DNA of 64,000 nt from the human T2T-CHM13v2.0 reference genome, Homo sapiens (GCF_009914755.1 NC_060927.1); one strand, 5' to 3'; shown: positions 29,201 to 41,857, counted from the first letter of the stretch. The notes: generated by a model from the sequence alone, not told the origin. Numbers and translations: made by a program.

Positions 29201-31779
29201 TGTCTTATCCACATGTGATCTGAATGCACTTGCTAGACTAAACTTTCCTCTTTTCCTCACACCTTCCCAAACTTCCAAATCCTATCAAATGTCAAAGGAA
29301 ATCGTGAAAGCAAGTGTTTCGTCTGTTACCTTGAAGTCAAGCTGTTAACAGTTCTGTGTTCCTTTTCCCTCAGCTGTGTACTATCCTGAGGCAGTCTGAG
29401 AAACAGAAGTAATAAATAAACAGGGAAGAGAGTTATGTACGATCATTAGAATTTTCACATATGTTTCAGTCCTACAGTGACAATGCTCTGAAAAGCAAGA
29501 CAGTTCCAAAAGTAGCAGCGGGCTATAGCACCTTCCTTTGCTTCCCAAAAATGTACTGACTGAAATTTTACGGGATCTTGTTTGGTATTTGTAGAAGGCT
29601 TTTCAGTCAATAACGAATGCCTGTAACTGAAGATCAAATCTGGAGCTAGAGGATCCACACTACATGTTTTACTACAAATAGAAATCCATGTTGCTGTAAT
29701 GAATAAGCTGTATTTATTTATACCTTGGCCATGAACATTTTGAAAGCTGTATATTCAGCAGTGACATATGGTTCATTGAAGGCCTAAAAATCTATTTGTT
29801 TTTAACAGAGATGTTCCTTAGCTTTTTCTCACTGTTCATGTTACTAGAGGCTGCTGTGATAAGACTATTTTTATAGAACCTCAAAATAAAATTCTGATAA
29901 AATACTACACTCTTTAGGAGTTCCTTTAATAACATAATCAGTCTACTGCTTTTAGAAATGTTATTCAAATAAAAACACACATGGTTTCATATATACTGCT
30001 CTCCCTCGATATTAAATAAATTTAAATTCCAGAATTATTTGCTAGAGTTGGAAACTTCCACTCATTGTCCTAGTTCCTCTCCATAAATACACCATAGAAA
30101 CAGTAATTCTGAGACAACTATTTCATAGAGGTCTCAGATTATCAGAGGGTCAAATCTGGACTGCTAATATTGCTATTAATCTTCCCCTGTCAGTAACAGC
30201 ATTCCTTCTGGCAGCCTCTGAATCTTACAGATGCTTTGTAGCTCAGTCACCCAAAGGGAGTTCCAAATTTAAAGGTATGTTTTTTAAAAAAATGCAATGG
30301 GAAAATGTACTGTAATTTAGAGTGAAGGAGTGTAAGCCATTTTCCATAAAGTCATTTCAAATAGAAATCACTGTTGAAGTGTGAAGTCTTTTTTTCAGCT
30401 TAAAGAAACATTTTTATTTTCGTGGATAGAGTATCACAACATATTATCCGTTTTTGTCAATTTAGCAAGCTTTACGATAATTATGAAAAGCAGCAGCAAG
30501 TCATCCTGAAATTACAGAAAACATACTTTTTTAGATAAGGATACTACTCTGTCTCAAAGTCTTTAGTAATCACCCTCCTCTAATATTTTCCACTTAGCTG
30601 TTTATTTTATTTTAAAGGGATGTTCATAGTGCTGTAGCATATTAGACTGGAAAGGAACATTGAGTGCAAGCTGCAGATGAGGAAAGTGAAACATACAGAC
30701 TTGGAGTGATTCAGGCAAGGGCAGACAGAGAAACAGTGGCAGAGATTAATTTTCTTCTGGGTGTCTTATCATTAAACTATCTAAAATATATGCCTCTATT
30801 GTTAGTGAGGTCCTTAAATGATACAAGATTTACCTCTCTCGTTAAATTATATAACATATGTGACTCTCACAAAATAACTTTTGGGTCTTAAACAACAGTA
30901 AAATTGATATTGTGACTAACAAAAGTGCCTAAACATCTTAAATCCATTTTGTTTTCTAGATGTTATGCCTTATATTATAGACCTGATCCTATATGTTTAA
31001 TACTTTATAAACATTTTGTCAGTCTATGCTCAATGTCTTTCTTGAATTTCAAAAACAATTCTTTTGGATTTTATTATCAAGAACAAATGAAACAATGTTT
31101 CTCTCATTTTCCAGCGAAAAAAGCCAGAAATGTTTAGTTATAAAATACTGCTGGGAATTTTGATATCTGTGTTTCGGTCCTAGTTAAACCACTTTCTAAC
31201 AATTTCCAAAATGGGACATGGCACAGTGCAAAAGCCATAATTATTTAAATTATCACCTACTCATGATTCAAATTCTAGATCACTAAATATGTGGAAACTT
31301 CATGGTCCCTTGTTGACATTCAATCTTTTTTAAATGAGAATAATGATAACAGTTTTACCAAATTTGTAAAGAGTAAAGGAATTAGCTAATTGGAAAACAT
31401 CTGGAAATTATAAATACCTCCATATTCCTATTTAAAAGCCAATATTCTGAAGTTTGTGTTAAGAATTCCACATAATTTCTAGAGTTTTTCTATCATTTTA
31501 TTTTTAAGAAAATTTATTTTAATTCCCATATGTCAGGCACCATACTAATGAGTTAGGATAAAAATTAAATATAATATAGTTTCTACTCTTAAAAAAGTAT
31601 AACCTACACCTCTAAATGAGAAACATTTAAAATAAGTAAAAGTGAAGTGTTAAGTAAATGATGATGCTAGCAAAATGCTACAAAAGGAAGGTTTTATAAT
31701 CAAATTCTAGTGAGTAAAACAATGAGATGGCAATGTGGGCTACATGAAGAAAGTTTTGTAGATAGAAAACTCCAGAAAT

Positions 31780-32010
31780 ATTGATAATACTAAGATTTAT
31801 TCCATACTTTCTAGATGCTAGATACTATGCTAAGCATTTGGTAGGTATTTCCTGATAAAAATAATGATTCCAATTTCATAAAAGAGGTAACCAAAAACTC
31901 ACTTTGTGTAATTTAGCTCACACTGAGACATGATAGTACTTATCCAAGATCATACAACTTGTGTACAGCAGAGGCATGACTGAAATGAACATAGCCTTAT
32001 TCAAAAGCCT
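31780..32010 (-). mobile_element. MIR fragment
   Basis: gctagatactatgctaagcattt...acttatccaagatcatacaacttgt...gcagaggcatgactgaaat. Confidence 0.5.
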
Positions 32011-33757
32011 GCATAAACTACTAAGTTTAGTGAAAAATACCCGAGTAGCAAGTTGGTAGAAGGTGTTCATTGAATCAGATGTTAGGAAACTTGAAATTTA
32101 TTCTGTAGGCAAAGGAACAGAATGTAATCTAGCATATCATTTATTTGTTATATGATCAACTTTAGGTTCAAATTTTGGAAATCTGGAATTGTTGTATAAA
32201 GCATTTTCTGTTTCAACACAGATTTTAAAGCAAGAAATATTGCCAAAAGTAATGAAGCTATTAAAAAAATACACTCAACTAATTTTTCATACTAATTATG
32301 GATTCATTTTGTAATATTGTTTTCCTACAATTTTTAACAAAATAAGGTGGCATTACTCCAATATTTAATTTTTACAAATTCTAATCAAAGTAACTGAATA
32401 ATTTTTAAAGTCAGGTATTAAAAAGGATTCATAACAGCTATAATCCAGTGACCGACTGTATATTTCTGCCAGTTCTGCTCCTCTGAGGCAATCAATAAGC
32501 CTAAATAATACACAGTCTCATTCTACTACTTACTGACTTGACACTTTAGGCCTTGTCTCTTTATATTGTGCTAAGAGGTAAGAATTTGGCTTAGGAATAC
32601 TACCACTCTATTTATTTAAATCCAGTAATTATGTCACTATTCTAATTTCTTTTCACTTCAACCCTATGTTTTTCATGTCATAATCCATAAACTCCCTATT
32701 TGTCTCCTCATTCATAGGCTACTAAATGGCTCTCCATTTGGTAAGCAACCCAAGTTCCACTTCCAATGCCGTTTTTTATACATTACTTTTACATTTTTTA
32801 AGTGACTAATATTTACATTCTCAAGACTTTGAGACCACAGTTCCACTCAAAACATTCACAAACATATCATATCATTTACATTTTATGGTAATGTAAATGT
32901 TCTTCACTAAAAAGTCAAGAAGACTGCTAAAATTATCTATAATTTCTTTGCATCCAAATTCATAATTCTTCTGCTTCTCACGAGTGAATGTTTTAACCAT
33001 CAAATTTCATAAGACTCTTCTGATTCACACCTCCCCAGTTGCCTTGAACTCATTCCCAAGTTTTCCCAAGCCAGCTCAAAGTTGTTCTAAGTGGGTATGA
33101 GAAAGAGAGAAGGAAAATAGCTTGCTGTTTTAAGACCTTCTATTAAACCACGTAATTTTATTACCACTTCTTACCACAATTATCTGATTCCTTGGCCGTC
33201 TCTGAATGCAGAGCCTCACTAATGTTCAATGAACCAGATGGATTCTCTCTCAGCCTTCAGTTCTCTCTGGGTATCGTCTGTCTTTCAGCGTTCTCTGCTA
33301 CTCATCCATCAACATTCTTCCACTTTCATTTTGTCTAATAAAATATATATTAAAATTTTTTGTTTATCTTTTGAAAATTATTTTTCTATTATTTTAAGGC
33401 AAGAGGAATAATATGTGCACACAATTCACCATAATGAATTGAAATTCATGTTAATATTTTGGTTAATTGATGATACCCTCCTAATGCCAGCTCTTTTCAT
33501 CTAATCTTCCCCGTCTTTTGCTAATTCTGTAGTTGAAATTTCTTGCAATAATTAATATAGAGGGTCAGGATTAATGCAAACATTGGTACCATAAGTAAAT
33601 AAAGAAAACACAAAATGCTTGCAGTTTTCCAAAGCTGCTCACTGAGAAATAGTACTCTTGTTTCCTCCCATCCTTCTTCTCTTTTCCTCCACTATCAGAG
33701 GAAGAGTTACATGGGTCATAAAGATTAATTTTATTTTCTTTGAAATAGAGTCATTTA

Positions 33758-34149
33758 ACATACACTGGGGAAAATACAATGTCTTCAATAAATGGTGATA
33801 AACTGGATATTCATATGCAAAAGAATGAAACTAGACCCCTATCTTTCACTATATACAAAAATCATATCAAAATGGATTAAAGATGTAAATCTAAGACCTC
33901 ACACTATGAAACTACTACAAGAAAAATTTGGAGAAAATTTCCAGGGTATTGAGCTGGGCGAAAATTTCTTGAGCAATACCCCATAAGCACAAGCAACTAA
34001 AGCGAAAAGGGACAAATGGGATCACATCAAGTTAAGAAGCTTCTTCACAGCAAAGGAAATAATCAACAAAGTGAAGAGACAACACACAGAGTGGGAGAAA
34101 ATATTTGCACACTAACTCTCTTACAAGGGATTAATAACCAGAGATATAT
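33758..34149 (+). mobile_element. L1MA-type ORF2 C-terminal fragment
   Basis: Translates as NWIFICKRMKLDPYLSLYTKIISKWIKDVNLRPHTMKLLQE, which is L1 ORF2-like. Confidence 0.88.
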
Positions 34150-35590
34150 CTGCCTAAAAAGTCCTTCCTAAGCAATGTAGATATTTTCAACCTCTAGATA
34201 TTCTCAAGTCGTTCTTTAACCATGAAGTGAAGTTCTGACAATTTTCTCAAGGAGTATCTGGCAAGAAAGTTCAAAGTGGTATGTACAAACCACTGGAAAA
34301 CAATCACAGTAGTTGTATTCTGTGGCGAAAAAAAAGCCAGAGTCATCTCAACTGGACAAAAAGTTTAAAAATTTAATTTGTAGATTATAATCATTGTATG
34401 GAGAAACTCAATGCTATGTAATCTCTCTTTCAAGGTCTTCCTGAGTGAAATGTTAGCTACTCAGCCATTTGATCAATGCTTCAGCTACAGACTGACAATT
34501 CTATTTCACTCTTTCATCCATCATCCTTGGTATATTTCCTATGGGATTGGAGACCCTCAGAAAAAGTCATGTAACTAAGTGGGGCATTCCATCTGCAGGT
34601 TGCTGGTCTGAACAAGAGATTTGCTTCCATTATGCTGCCACTGTGAATACAGAATTTGTATTAATTTCATATTTGCTTTTGTAGAATAGGCTTAAAAGAT
34701 ACTTGAATCTAAAATTTAGCATCTAACTATTATGCTTAAATTCCTCAAGGTAGTGGCACAATAGTCCCCCTTTGTCTTACGGGAATGTTTGCAACTCTAA
34801 TGGGTTATGTCAGTTTACCTCACTCCCTGTAGCTCTTCCAGGATAATTTGTTACTGAAAACACTGTTAGTCTCCATAGCTCTTTGAAATGTGGAAGCCCT
34901 AGGTCTGTAATCTGATACCTAATCCTGACTTTTTGTTGGCCAATAATTACACAGTGTTAGAGTTCTTTTCATAAAATCTAGCTTCTCTGCACAAACTAAG
35001 CTAAAAGAGATGTTTTGGTATTTGATAGGAAAAGAGAATGATAACCTCTGTCCTCAGTTTCTTTTGATTACACTTAGCCTCTGTCAAAAAGTTATTGAGC
35101 CAGGCTGGAAGACCTGGTGATCACAGAGGTTCCTTTCTGCTCAAGAAAAATGTGCATTCTAATTGAGACAGCAAGTTTGTAGACAAGGTCAAACCATGTT
35201 TCCCTGAATGGAATTCTATTCCTCATTTGTACTTCTGAGAAGTCTTCTGAATCTCTCACAGATGAGCATATATAATTCCGTAATACCAAAAGATTAAGCT
35301 ATTAATATCTGTTCAAGCCAAAAAAAATACAGAAAATCCTCTAAATGGGACTATTCTACCAGGAACAATGGAGAAACTAAGCTAATTTATAAGGCTAAAT
35401 GAAACATTTTTATATGCATAAATATGATTTTTAAGAGTAGGGTATATTTTTGCTCCAGTTTTCATATCTTTCCACTCCGTGACAAGTTTTTCTTTCTTCC
35501 AGACTATTGGGATAAAACACTCTTGTGTATGAAAGTTACTGCCATCCAAAGAGGCAATTCTTACATTCAATGTTTTCATATTATTCTTGT

Positions 35591-35987
35591 TTTCATGTGC
35601 GTCCGTGTGAAGAGACCACTAAACATGCTTTGTGTGAGCAATAAAGCTTTTAATCACCTGCGTGCAGGCGGGCTGAGTCTGAAAAGAGATAAGGGTGGGG
35701 CCATTTTTATAGGATTTGGGTAGGTAAAGGAAAATTACAGTCAAAGGGGGGCTGTTCTCTGGCGGGCAGAGTGGGGGTCACAAGGTGCTCAGTGGGGGAG
35801 CTTTTGAGCCAGGATGAGCCAGGAGAAGGAATTTCACAAGACAATGTCATCAGTTAAGGCAAGAACAGGCAATTTTCACTTCTTTTGCGGCGGAATGTCA
35901 TCAGTTAAGGCAGGAACCAGCCATCTGGATGTGTACGTGCCGGTCACAAGGGATATGATGGCTTAGCTTGGGCTCAGAGGCCTGACA
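35591..35987 (-). mobile_element. HERV-H 3' LTR (LTR7), 397 bp
   Basis: Minus strand reads TGTCAGGCCTCTGAGCCCAAGCTAAGCC...CACATGAAA. ATTAAA poly(A) hexamer at 35649-35654. Confidence 0.97.
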
Positions 35988-36000
35988 TTCCTGTCTTCTT
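35988..36000 (-). other. Retroviral polypurine tract
   Basis: Minus-strand AAGAAGACAGGAA immediately before the 3' LTR. Confidence 0.85.
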
Positions 36001-36399
36001 ATATTAATAAGAAAAATAAAATGAAATAGTGGTACAGTGTTGGGACAGCGAAAATTTTGGGGGTGGTGTGGAGAGATAATGGGCGATGTTTCTCAGGGCT
36101 GCTTCGAGCGGGATTAGGGGCGGCGTGGGAACCTAGAGTGGGAGAGATTAAGCTGAAGGAAGATTTTGTGGTAAGGGGTGATATTGTGGGGTTGTTAGAA
36201 GAAACATTTGTCATTTAGAATTATTGGTGATGGCCTGGATACGGTTTTGTATGAATTGAAAAACTAAACAGAATAAGAGAAGGAGAAAAACAGGTATTAA
36301 AGGTCTAAGAATTGGGAGGACCTAGGACATCTAATTAGAGTGCCTAAGGAGATTCAGCATAGTCCTGCCAGCAAAGATTATTTATTTACTTCAAGAGTT

Positions 36400-38314
36400 T
36401 AGAGTGGCAATTTGGGGATAGCACCAGGAGATATCAGCTGTGATGGCTTAGAGAAACAGTGTAAACAGGCAGTGTAAACAAGAGCAGGGCATGTATGAGT
36501 AGTTGAGAACGGTGAATAGGAGTATGACTAGACAGAAGATAGTAGGGATGACAAGTTTTTTTGGGGCACAGTCTAAGTTGGTCTGGTGTCTGGAATGAGA
36601 CTGGGGCCTAATAAAAAGGAGCGTCTATACAGGAGCTTAAATGGGCTGTACCCTGTAGCATTCTGAGGACAGGTCTGACTTCTGAGAAGGGAAAGTGGTA
36701 AAAGTATTGTCCAGTCCTTTTCAAGTTGGTGGCTGAGCTTGGTGAGGTGTGTTTTTAAAAGACCTTTAGTCCATTCTACTTTTCCTGAAGACAGAGGACC
36801 ATAAGGGATATTAAGGTTTCACTGAATACTAAGAGCCTGAAAAACTGCTTGGCTGATTTGACTAATAAAGGCTGGTCTGTTATCAGACTGTATAGAGGTA
36901 GGAAGGCTAAACTGAGGAATTACGCCTGATGGAAGGGAAGAAATGACTGTGGTGGCCTTCTCAGACCCTGTAGGAAAGGCCTCTACCTATCCAGTGAAAG
37001 TGTCTACCTAGACTAAGAGGTATTTTAGTCATCTGACTCAGGGCATGTTGAGTAAAGCCAATTTGCCAGTCCTGGGTGGGGGCAAATCTTGGAGCTTGAT
37101 GTGTAGGGAAGGGAGGGGGCCTGATTAATCCCTGAGGAGTAGTAGAATAGCAGATGGAACACTAAGAAGTTATTTCCTTGAGGATAGGTTTCCATGATGG
37201 AAAGGAAATGAGAGGTTCTAAGAGGCGGGCTAGTGGCTTGTACTATAGCATAGCCTGCCTTTGCTGGTGTGTGGTGATTAGGCCTGGTGGAACCACCATC
37301 AATAAATCAAGTGTGATCAGGGTGAGGAACAGGAAAGAAGGAAATATGGGGAAATGGGGCGAATGTCAGGTGGATCAGAGAGATACAGTCATGAGGGTCA
37401 GGTGTGGTATCCAGAATAATGTGTGAGGCTGGATTGAAGTCCAGGCCAGGAACAATGGTAATTGTGGGACTTAACAAAGAGTGAGTACAGCTGAAGGAGC
37501 CGGGGAGCAGAAAGCATATGTGTCAGGTATGAGGAAGAAAATAGATTTTGGAAGTTATGAGAAATGTAGAGAGTGAGTTGAGCATACTTTGTGATTTTGA
37601 GGGCCTCTAAAAGTATTAAAGCAGCGGCAGCCGCTGCACGCAGACATGAGGCTAGGCTAAAACAGTAAGGTCAAGTTGTTTGCACAGAAAGGCTACAGGG
37701 TGCGGTCCTGGCTCTTGTGTAAGAATTCTGACCGCACTAACCATGCCTAGGAAGGAAAGGAGTTGTTGTTTTGTAAGGGATTGAGGTTTGGGAGATTAAT
37801 CGGACACGATCAGCAGGGAGAGCACATGTGTTTTTATGAGAATTATGCCGAGATAGGTAACAGATGAGGATGAAATTTGGGCTTGACTGAAGTAACGAGG
37901 GCTATCTGTGAAGCCTTGCGGCAGTACAGCCCAGGTAATTTGCTGAGCCTAATGGGTGTCAGGGTTAGTCTAAGTGAAAACAAAGAGAGGCTGGGATGAA
38001 GGGTGCAAAGGAATAGTAAAGAAAGCATGTTTGAGATCCAGAACAGAATAATGGGTTGTAGAGGGAGGTACTGAGGATAGGAAAGTATATGGGTTTGGCA
38101 CTATGGGGTGGCTAGGCAAAACAATTTGGTTGATAAGGCGCAGATTCTGAACTAACCTGTAAGCCTTGTCTGGTTTTAGGACAGGTAAAATGGGGGAATG
38201 GTAAGGAGAGTTTATAGGCTTTAAAAGGCCATGCTGTAACAGGCGAGTGATAACAGGCAAGTGATAACAGGCTTTAATCCTTTTAAAGCATGCTGTGGGA
38301 TGGGATATTGGCAC
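36400..38314 (-). pseudogene. HERV-H pol remnant (RT/RNase H/partial IN), disrupted
   Basis: ORF 37970-38314 gives SPILPVLKPDKAYRLVQNLR and SVLDLKHAFFTIPLHP. LPQGF lies near 37910-37925 and HT*FIDGGS (RNase H) near 37290-37316. Contains stops and deletions; the lower boundary is approximate. Confidence 0.9.
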
Positions 38315-38863
38315 TGAGCGAGGTAAGAGTGATTAGGTTTTAATGGGATGGTAAGGGGTGCATGATCAGTCCCTAAGGAGGGAGTAGAGGTGTCTTATAC
38401 TTGTGGGTTAAGGTGGGGAGATACAAGGGGAGGATGTGAAGGAGGCTTTGAACTGGGGGAAAAGGTGGCAATGAGGTGTGGCTGTAGCCCAGGAATAGTC
38501 AGGGAAGCAGATAATTTAGTTAAAGTGTCTCGGCCTAATAAGGGAACTGGGCAGGTGGGGATAACTAAAAAGGAGTGCCTAAAAGAGTATTGTCTAAGTT
38601 GGCTTAGATTTGGGGAGTTTTAAGGGGTTTTGAAGCTTGGCTGTCAATACCTACAACAGTTATCGGGGCGAGGGAAACAGGCCTTTGAAAAGAAGGCAAC
38701 GTGGAGTGGGTAGCCCCCATATCGATTAAACAGGGGATGGACTTACTCTCCACTGTGAGAGTTACCTGAAGCTTGGCGTCCGTGATGGTCTAGGGGGCTT
38801 CTGAGGCGATTGGGTAGTATCAATCTTCAGCCGCTAAGCCGGGACGATCTGGGAAGGAGTCAG

Positions 38864-39477
38864 TCAGAGAGCCTTGGGCCAGAGTACCAGGGGCTCTGGG
38901 AGTGGCTGCCAGGTGAGTTGAACAGTCCGATTTCCATCCGATTTCCAGTGGGGTCCTGCACAGATGGGACACAGCTTAGGAGGAATCCTGGGCTGTGGGC
39001 ATTGCTTGGCCTGGTGGCCAGATTTCTGGCACTTGTAGCAAGCTCCTGGGGGAAGCGGTTCTGGAGGAACACCTGGCCACTGCGGTTTAGGCGTTTGGAA
39101 GGTCTTGTATGCTGGAGGTGTGGCTGGGTTTTGCCTCACAGCAGAGCAAGTAATTGTAACTCAGAAATGTGTTGCCGTCTGGCTGCTTCCTCTCTATTAT
39201 TGCACACCTTGAAGGTGAGGTTGATTAACTCCTGTTGTGGGGTTTGAGGGCCAGATTCTAATTTTTGAAGTTTTTTCCTAATGCCAGGAGTGGATGGGGT
39301 GATAAAATGCATATTGAGAATAAGACGGCCTTTTGACCTTTTAGGGTCTAGGGCTGTAAAGCATCTCAGGGTTGCTGCCAAAGGAGCCATGAACTGGGCT
39401 GGGTTTTTCATATTTGATGAAAAAGAGCCTAAATGCTCACTGATATTGGGAGAGGTCAGATAAAGAAGAAGGAGCAT
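38864..39477 (-). pseudogene. HERV-H gag remnant (CA C-terminus and NC zinc knuckles)
   Basis: Frameshifted pieces contain GRLILNMHFITPSTPGIRKKLQKL, CYKCQKSGHQAKQC (CCHC) and CPICAGPHWKSD. Confidence 0.9.
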
Positions 39478-40756
39478 TAACCTTGACTATGCCTTTGGCT
39501 CCAGCCACCTTTTTAAGAGGAAATTGCTGGGCAGGTGGGGGAGGGCTAGTCGAGGAATGAAACTGTAAGCTGGACCAGCTGTGAGGAGGGGAGGTGATAA
39601 AAGGATTATAGGGTAGGGGAGCAGAGGCTGAGGAAGAATTGGGACCTGGCTCAGCCTGGCAAGGAGGGGAGAGGTCAGATGGGTCTGTAGAAAAGGAAGA
39701 TTAGAAAGACTCAGCGACTCTTGGGGTTGGGACTGAGGGGACAGATGGGAGGGAAAGAAGGAAGATTTGGGATGAGTTGCATTGGGAACAGAGGCTAGAG
39801 AGGGACTGATGTGTAAAAGAATGCCTGGATGTCAGGCATCTCAGATCATTTGCCCATTTTACGACAAGAATTATTTAGATCTTGTAGGATGGAAAAATTG
39901 AAAGTGCCATTTTCTGGCTATTTGGAACTACAGTCGAGTTTGTATTGGGGTCAAGCGGCATTGCAGAAGAAAATAAGATGCTTAGATTTTAGGTCAGGTG
40001 AGATGTGAAGAGGTTTTAAGTTCTTAAGAACACAGGCTAAGGGAGAAGAAGGAGGAATGGAAGGTGGAAGCTTGCCTATAGTGAAGGAGGCAAGCCCAGA
40101 GAAAAGAAAGTAGAGACATGGAGAAGGGGTAGGGTGTTCTTGCCCTCCAGAAAAGCAGAGAAGGGGTCAGGGCACAGAAATAAGGGGTTGGGTCACAGAG
40201 ATATAAGAGGTTGGGGCGTGGAAATAAGGGATCAGGGTACAGAGATATAAGAGGTTGGGGTGTGGAAATAAGGGATCAGGGCACAGAGATACGAGTCTGG
40301 GGTACTTGCCCCTCCCCTAGAAAAGCGGGACTTGCTGCTAAGGGTGAAGGAGAAGGGGTTGGGGGTTTCTTGCCCCCCAGAAAGGTGGAGAAGGGGTAGA
40401 GACACGGAGAGAGGGGGTTGGGGTACTTGCCTCTCCCCCAGAAAAGCGGGACTTGCCGCTAAGGGTGAAAGACCAAGGCAGGCATCCCTGCGTGGTCTGA
40501 CACCTCTGAAACCTGGGTGAATAACCAGAGAGGCGTCCCTGCAATGATTAAACACCAAGGGAAGGCTGCCTTCCCAGTCTGTGACTGGCGCCGGAGTTTT
40601 GGGTCCACAGATAAAACGTGTCTCCTTTGTCTCTACCAGAAAATGAAAGGAATTGAAATTAAAAGAAGGGAGAGATTGAAGTGTGGTGCCAAGATTGAAA
40701 GGAGAAAGAGGTTGAGGGATACTGAGGGAGGTTGGAGAAGAGAGTAAAAAGAGGCC

Positions 40757-40765
40757 GCTTACTGT
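40757..40765 (-). promoter_or_regulatory. HERV-H leader major splice donor (ACA|GTAAGC)
   Basis: Minus strand TTTCAAATACA|GTAAGCGGCCTC, about 130 nt after the PBS, where the HERV-H donor is expected. Confidence 0.65.
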
Positions 40766-40888
40766 ATTTGAAATTGGTGAGATGTTTCTTGGGCTGGTCA
40801 GTCTGAGGACCTGAGGTCATAGGTGGATCTTTCTCACAGAGCAAAGAGCAGGAGGACAGGGGATTGATCTCCCAAGGGAGGTCCCCCA

Positions 40889-40906
40889 ATCTGAGTCACG
40901 GCACCA
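40889..40906 (-). other. Primer-binding site, tRNA-His
   Basis: TGGTGCCGTGACTCAGAT, 1 mismatch to TGGTGCCGTGACTCGGAT, just inside the 5' LTR. Confidence 0.95.
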
Positions 40907-40908
40907 AA

Positions 40909-41319
40909 TTTCATGCGTGTCTGTGTGAAGAGACCACCAAACAGGCTTTGTGTGAGCAATAAAGCTTTTGATCACCTGGGTGCAGGGAGGCTGAGTCTGA
41001 AAAGAGAGTCAGCGAAGGGAGATAAGGGTGGGGTCATTTTATAGGATTTGGGTAGATAAAAGAAAATTACAGACAAAGGGGGGTTGTTCTCTGGCGGGCA
41101 GAGTGGGGGTCACAAAGTGCTCAGTAGGAGAGCTTTTGAGCCAGGATGGGCCAGGAGAAGGAATTTCACAAGACAATGTCATCAATTAAGGCAGGAACAG
41201 GCCATTTTCACTTCTTTTGTGGTGGAATGTCATCAGTTAAGGCAGAAACTGGCCATCTGGATGTGTATGTGCCGGTCACAGGGGATATGATGGCTTAGCT
41301 TGGGCTCAGAGGCCTGACA
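40909..41319 (-). promoter_or_regulatory. HERV-H 5' LTR (LTR7), 411 bp, putative promoter/enhancer
   Basis: TATAAAA at 41037-41043, CCACCC GT-box, ACAAAAGA SOX-like motif at 41213-41220, and duplicated TTAA(C/T)TGATGACATT blocks. Confidence 0.93.
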
Positions 41320-41857
41320 CTTGTCTTCATTGGTTTTTAAATGCATTGCAAATACCTTATTACTAATGATTAAATACATATTTAAAAAATAATTTTTAAA
41401 AGATTCAAATTATCCCTGAAATAATTGTATTGTACTTGCACTCCAATCTGCTTCACTTGAGTGAAGGATAGAATGAAGTTACTTATAACTTTACAGAACT
41501 TTTGAAATGACTAGAACTGAGCATATCCTGCAACCTATCTTTTAGCCGGTAGTAAATGACTGTAATCCATGCATTTTATTGCGATTTATTTTTCTTCAAA
41601 ACTATATTCATTTTTGTCATCAAGTTGTGGGTATACCAATGGAAATATTTCTTGTGCGATGCCATGTTTTCTATTATCTCTTTGCGTTCCTTTGATTCAG
41701 CATGTCATTTTCTTGTTCTTCCTGAGGAACTCATCCTAAAATTCTTTACCCTTTCAAATGAATGATGATCAAGTGTGGAAATATGCTAAAGTCTCTCTTA
41801 TTAAAAGAAAAATAAGGTCTCCACAACAACAATGAAAGGATCTTCCTTTAAGTCTGT

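Larger units (their letters stand above)
35591..41319 (-). mobile_element. HERV-H provirus (LTR7-int-LTR7), 5.7-kb deleted non-autonomous type
   Basis: Two direct LTRs, TSD CTTGT at 35586-35590 and 41320-41324, His PBS, PPT, and gag zinc-knuckle, RT and RNase H remnants. Confidence 0.98.

Noticed and set aside
35999-36400. HERV-H env gene
   Set aside because: No env-length ORF or recognisable SU/TM motifs. Only a short 3' remnant is present, as expected for a 5.7-kb deleted provirus.
40165-40470. G-rich tandem and duplicated blocks in the provirus leader as a novel repeat
   Set aside because: Variable repeats of this kind are a normal part of the HERV-H pre-gag leader.
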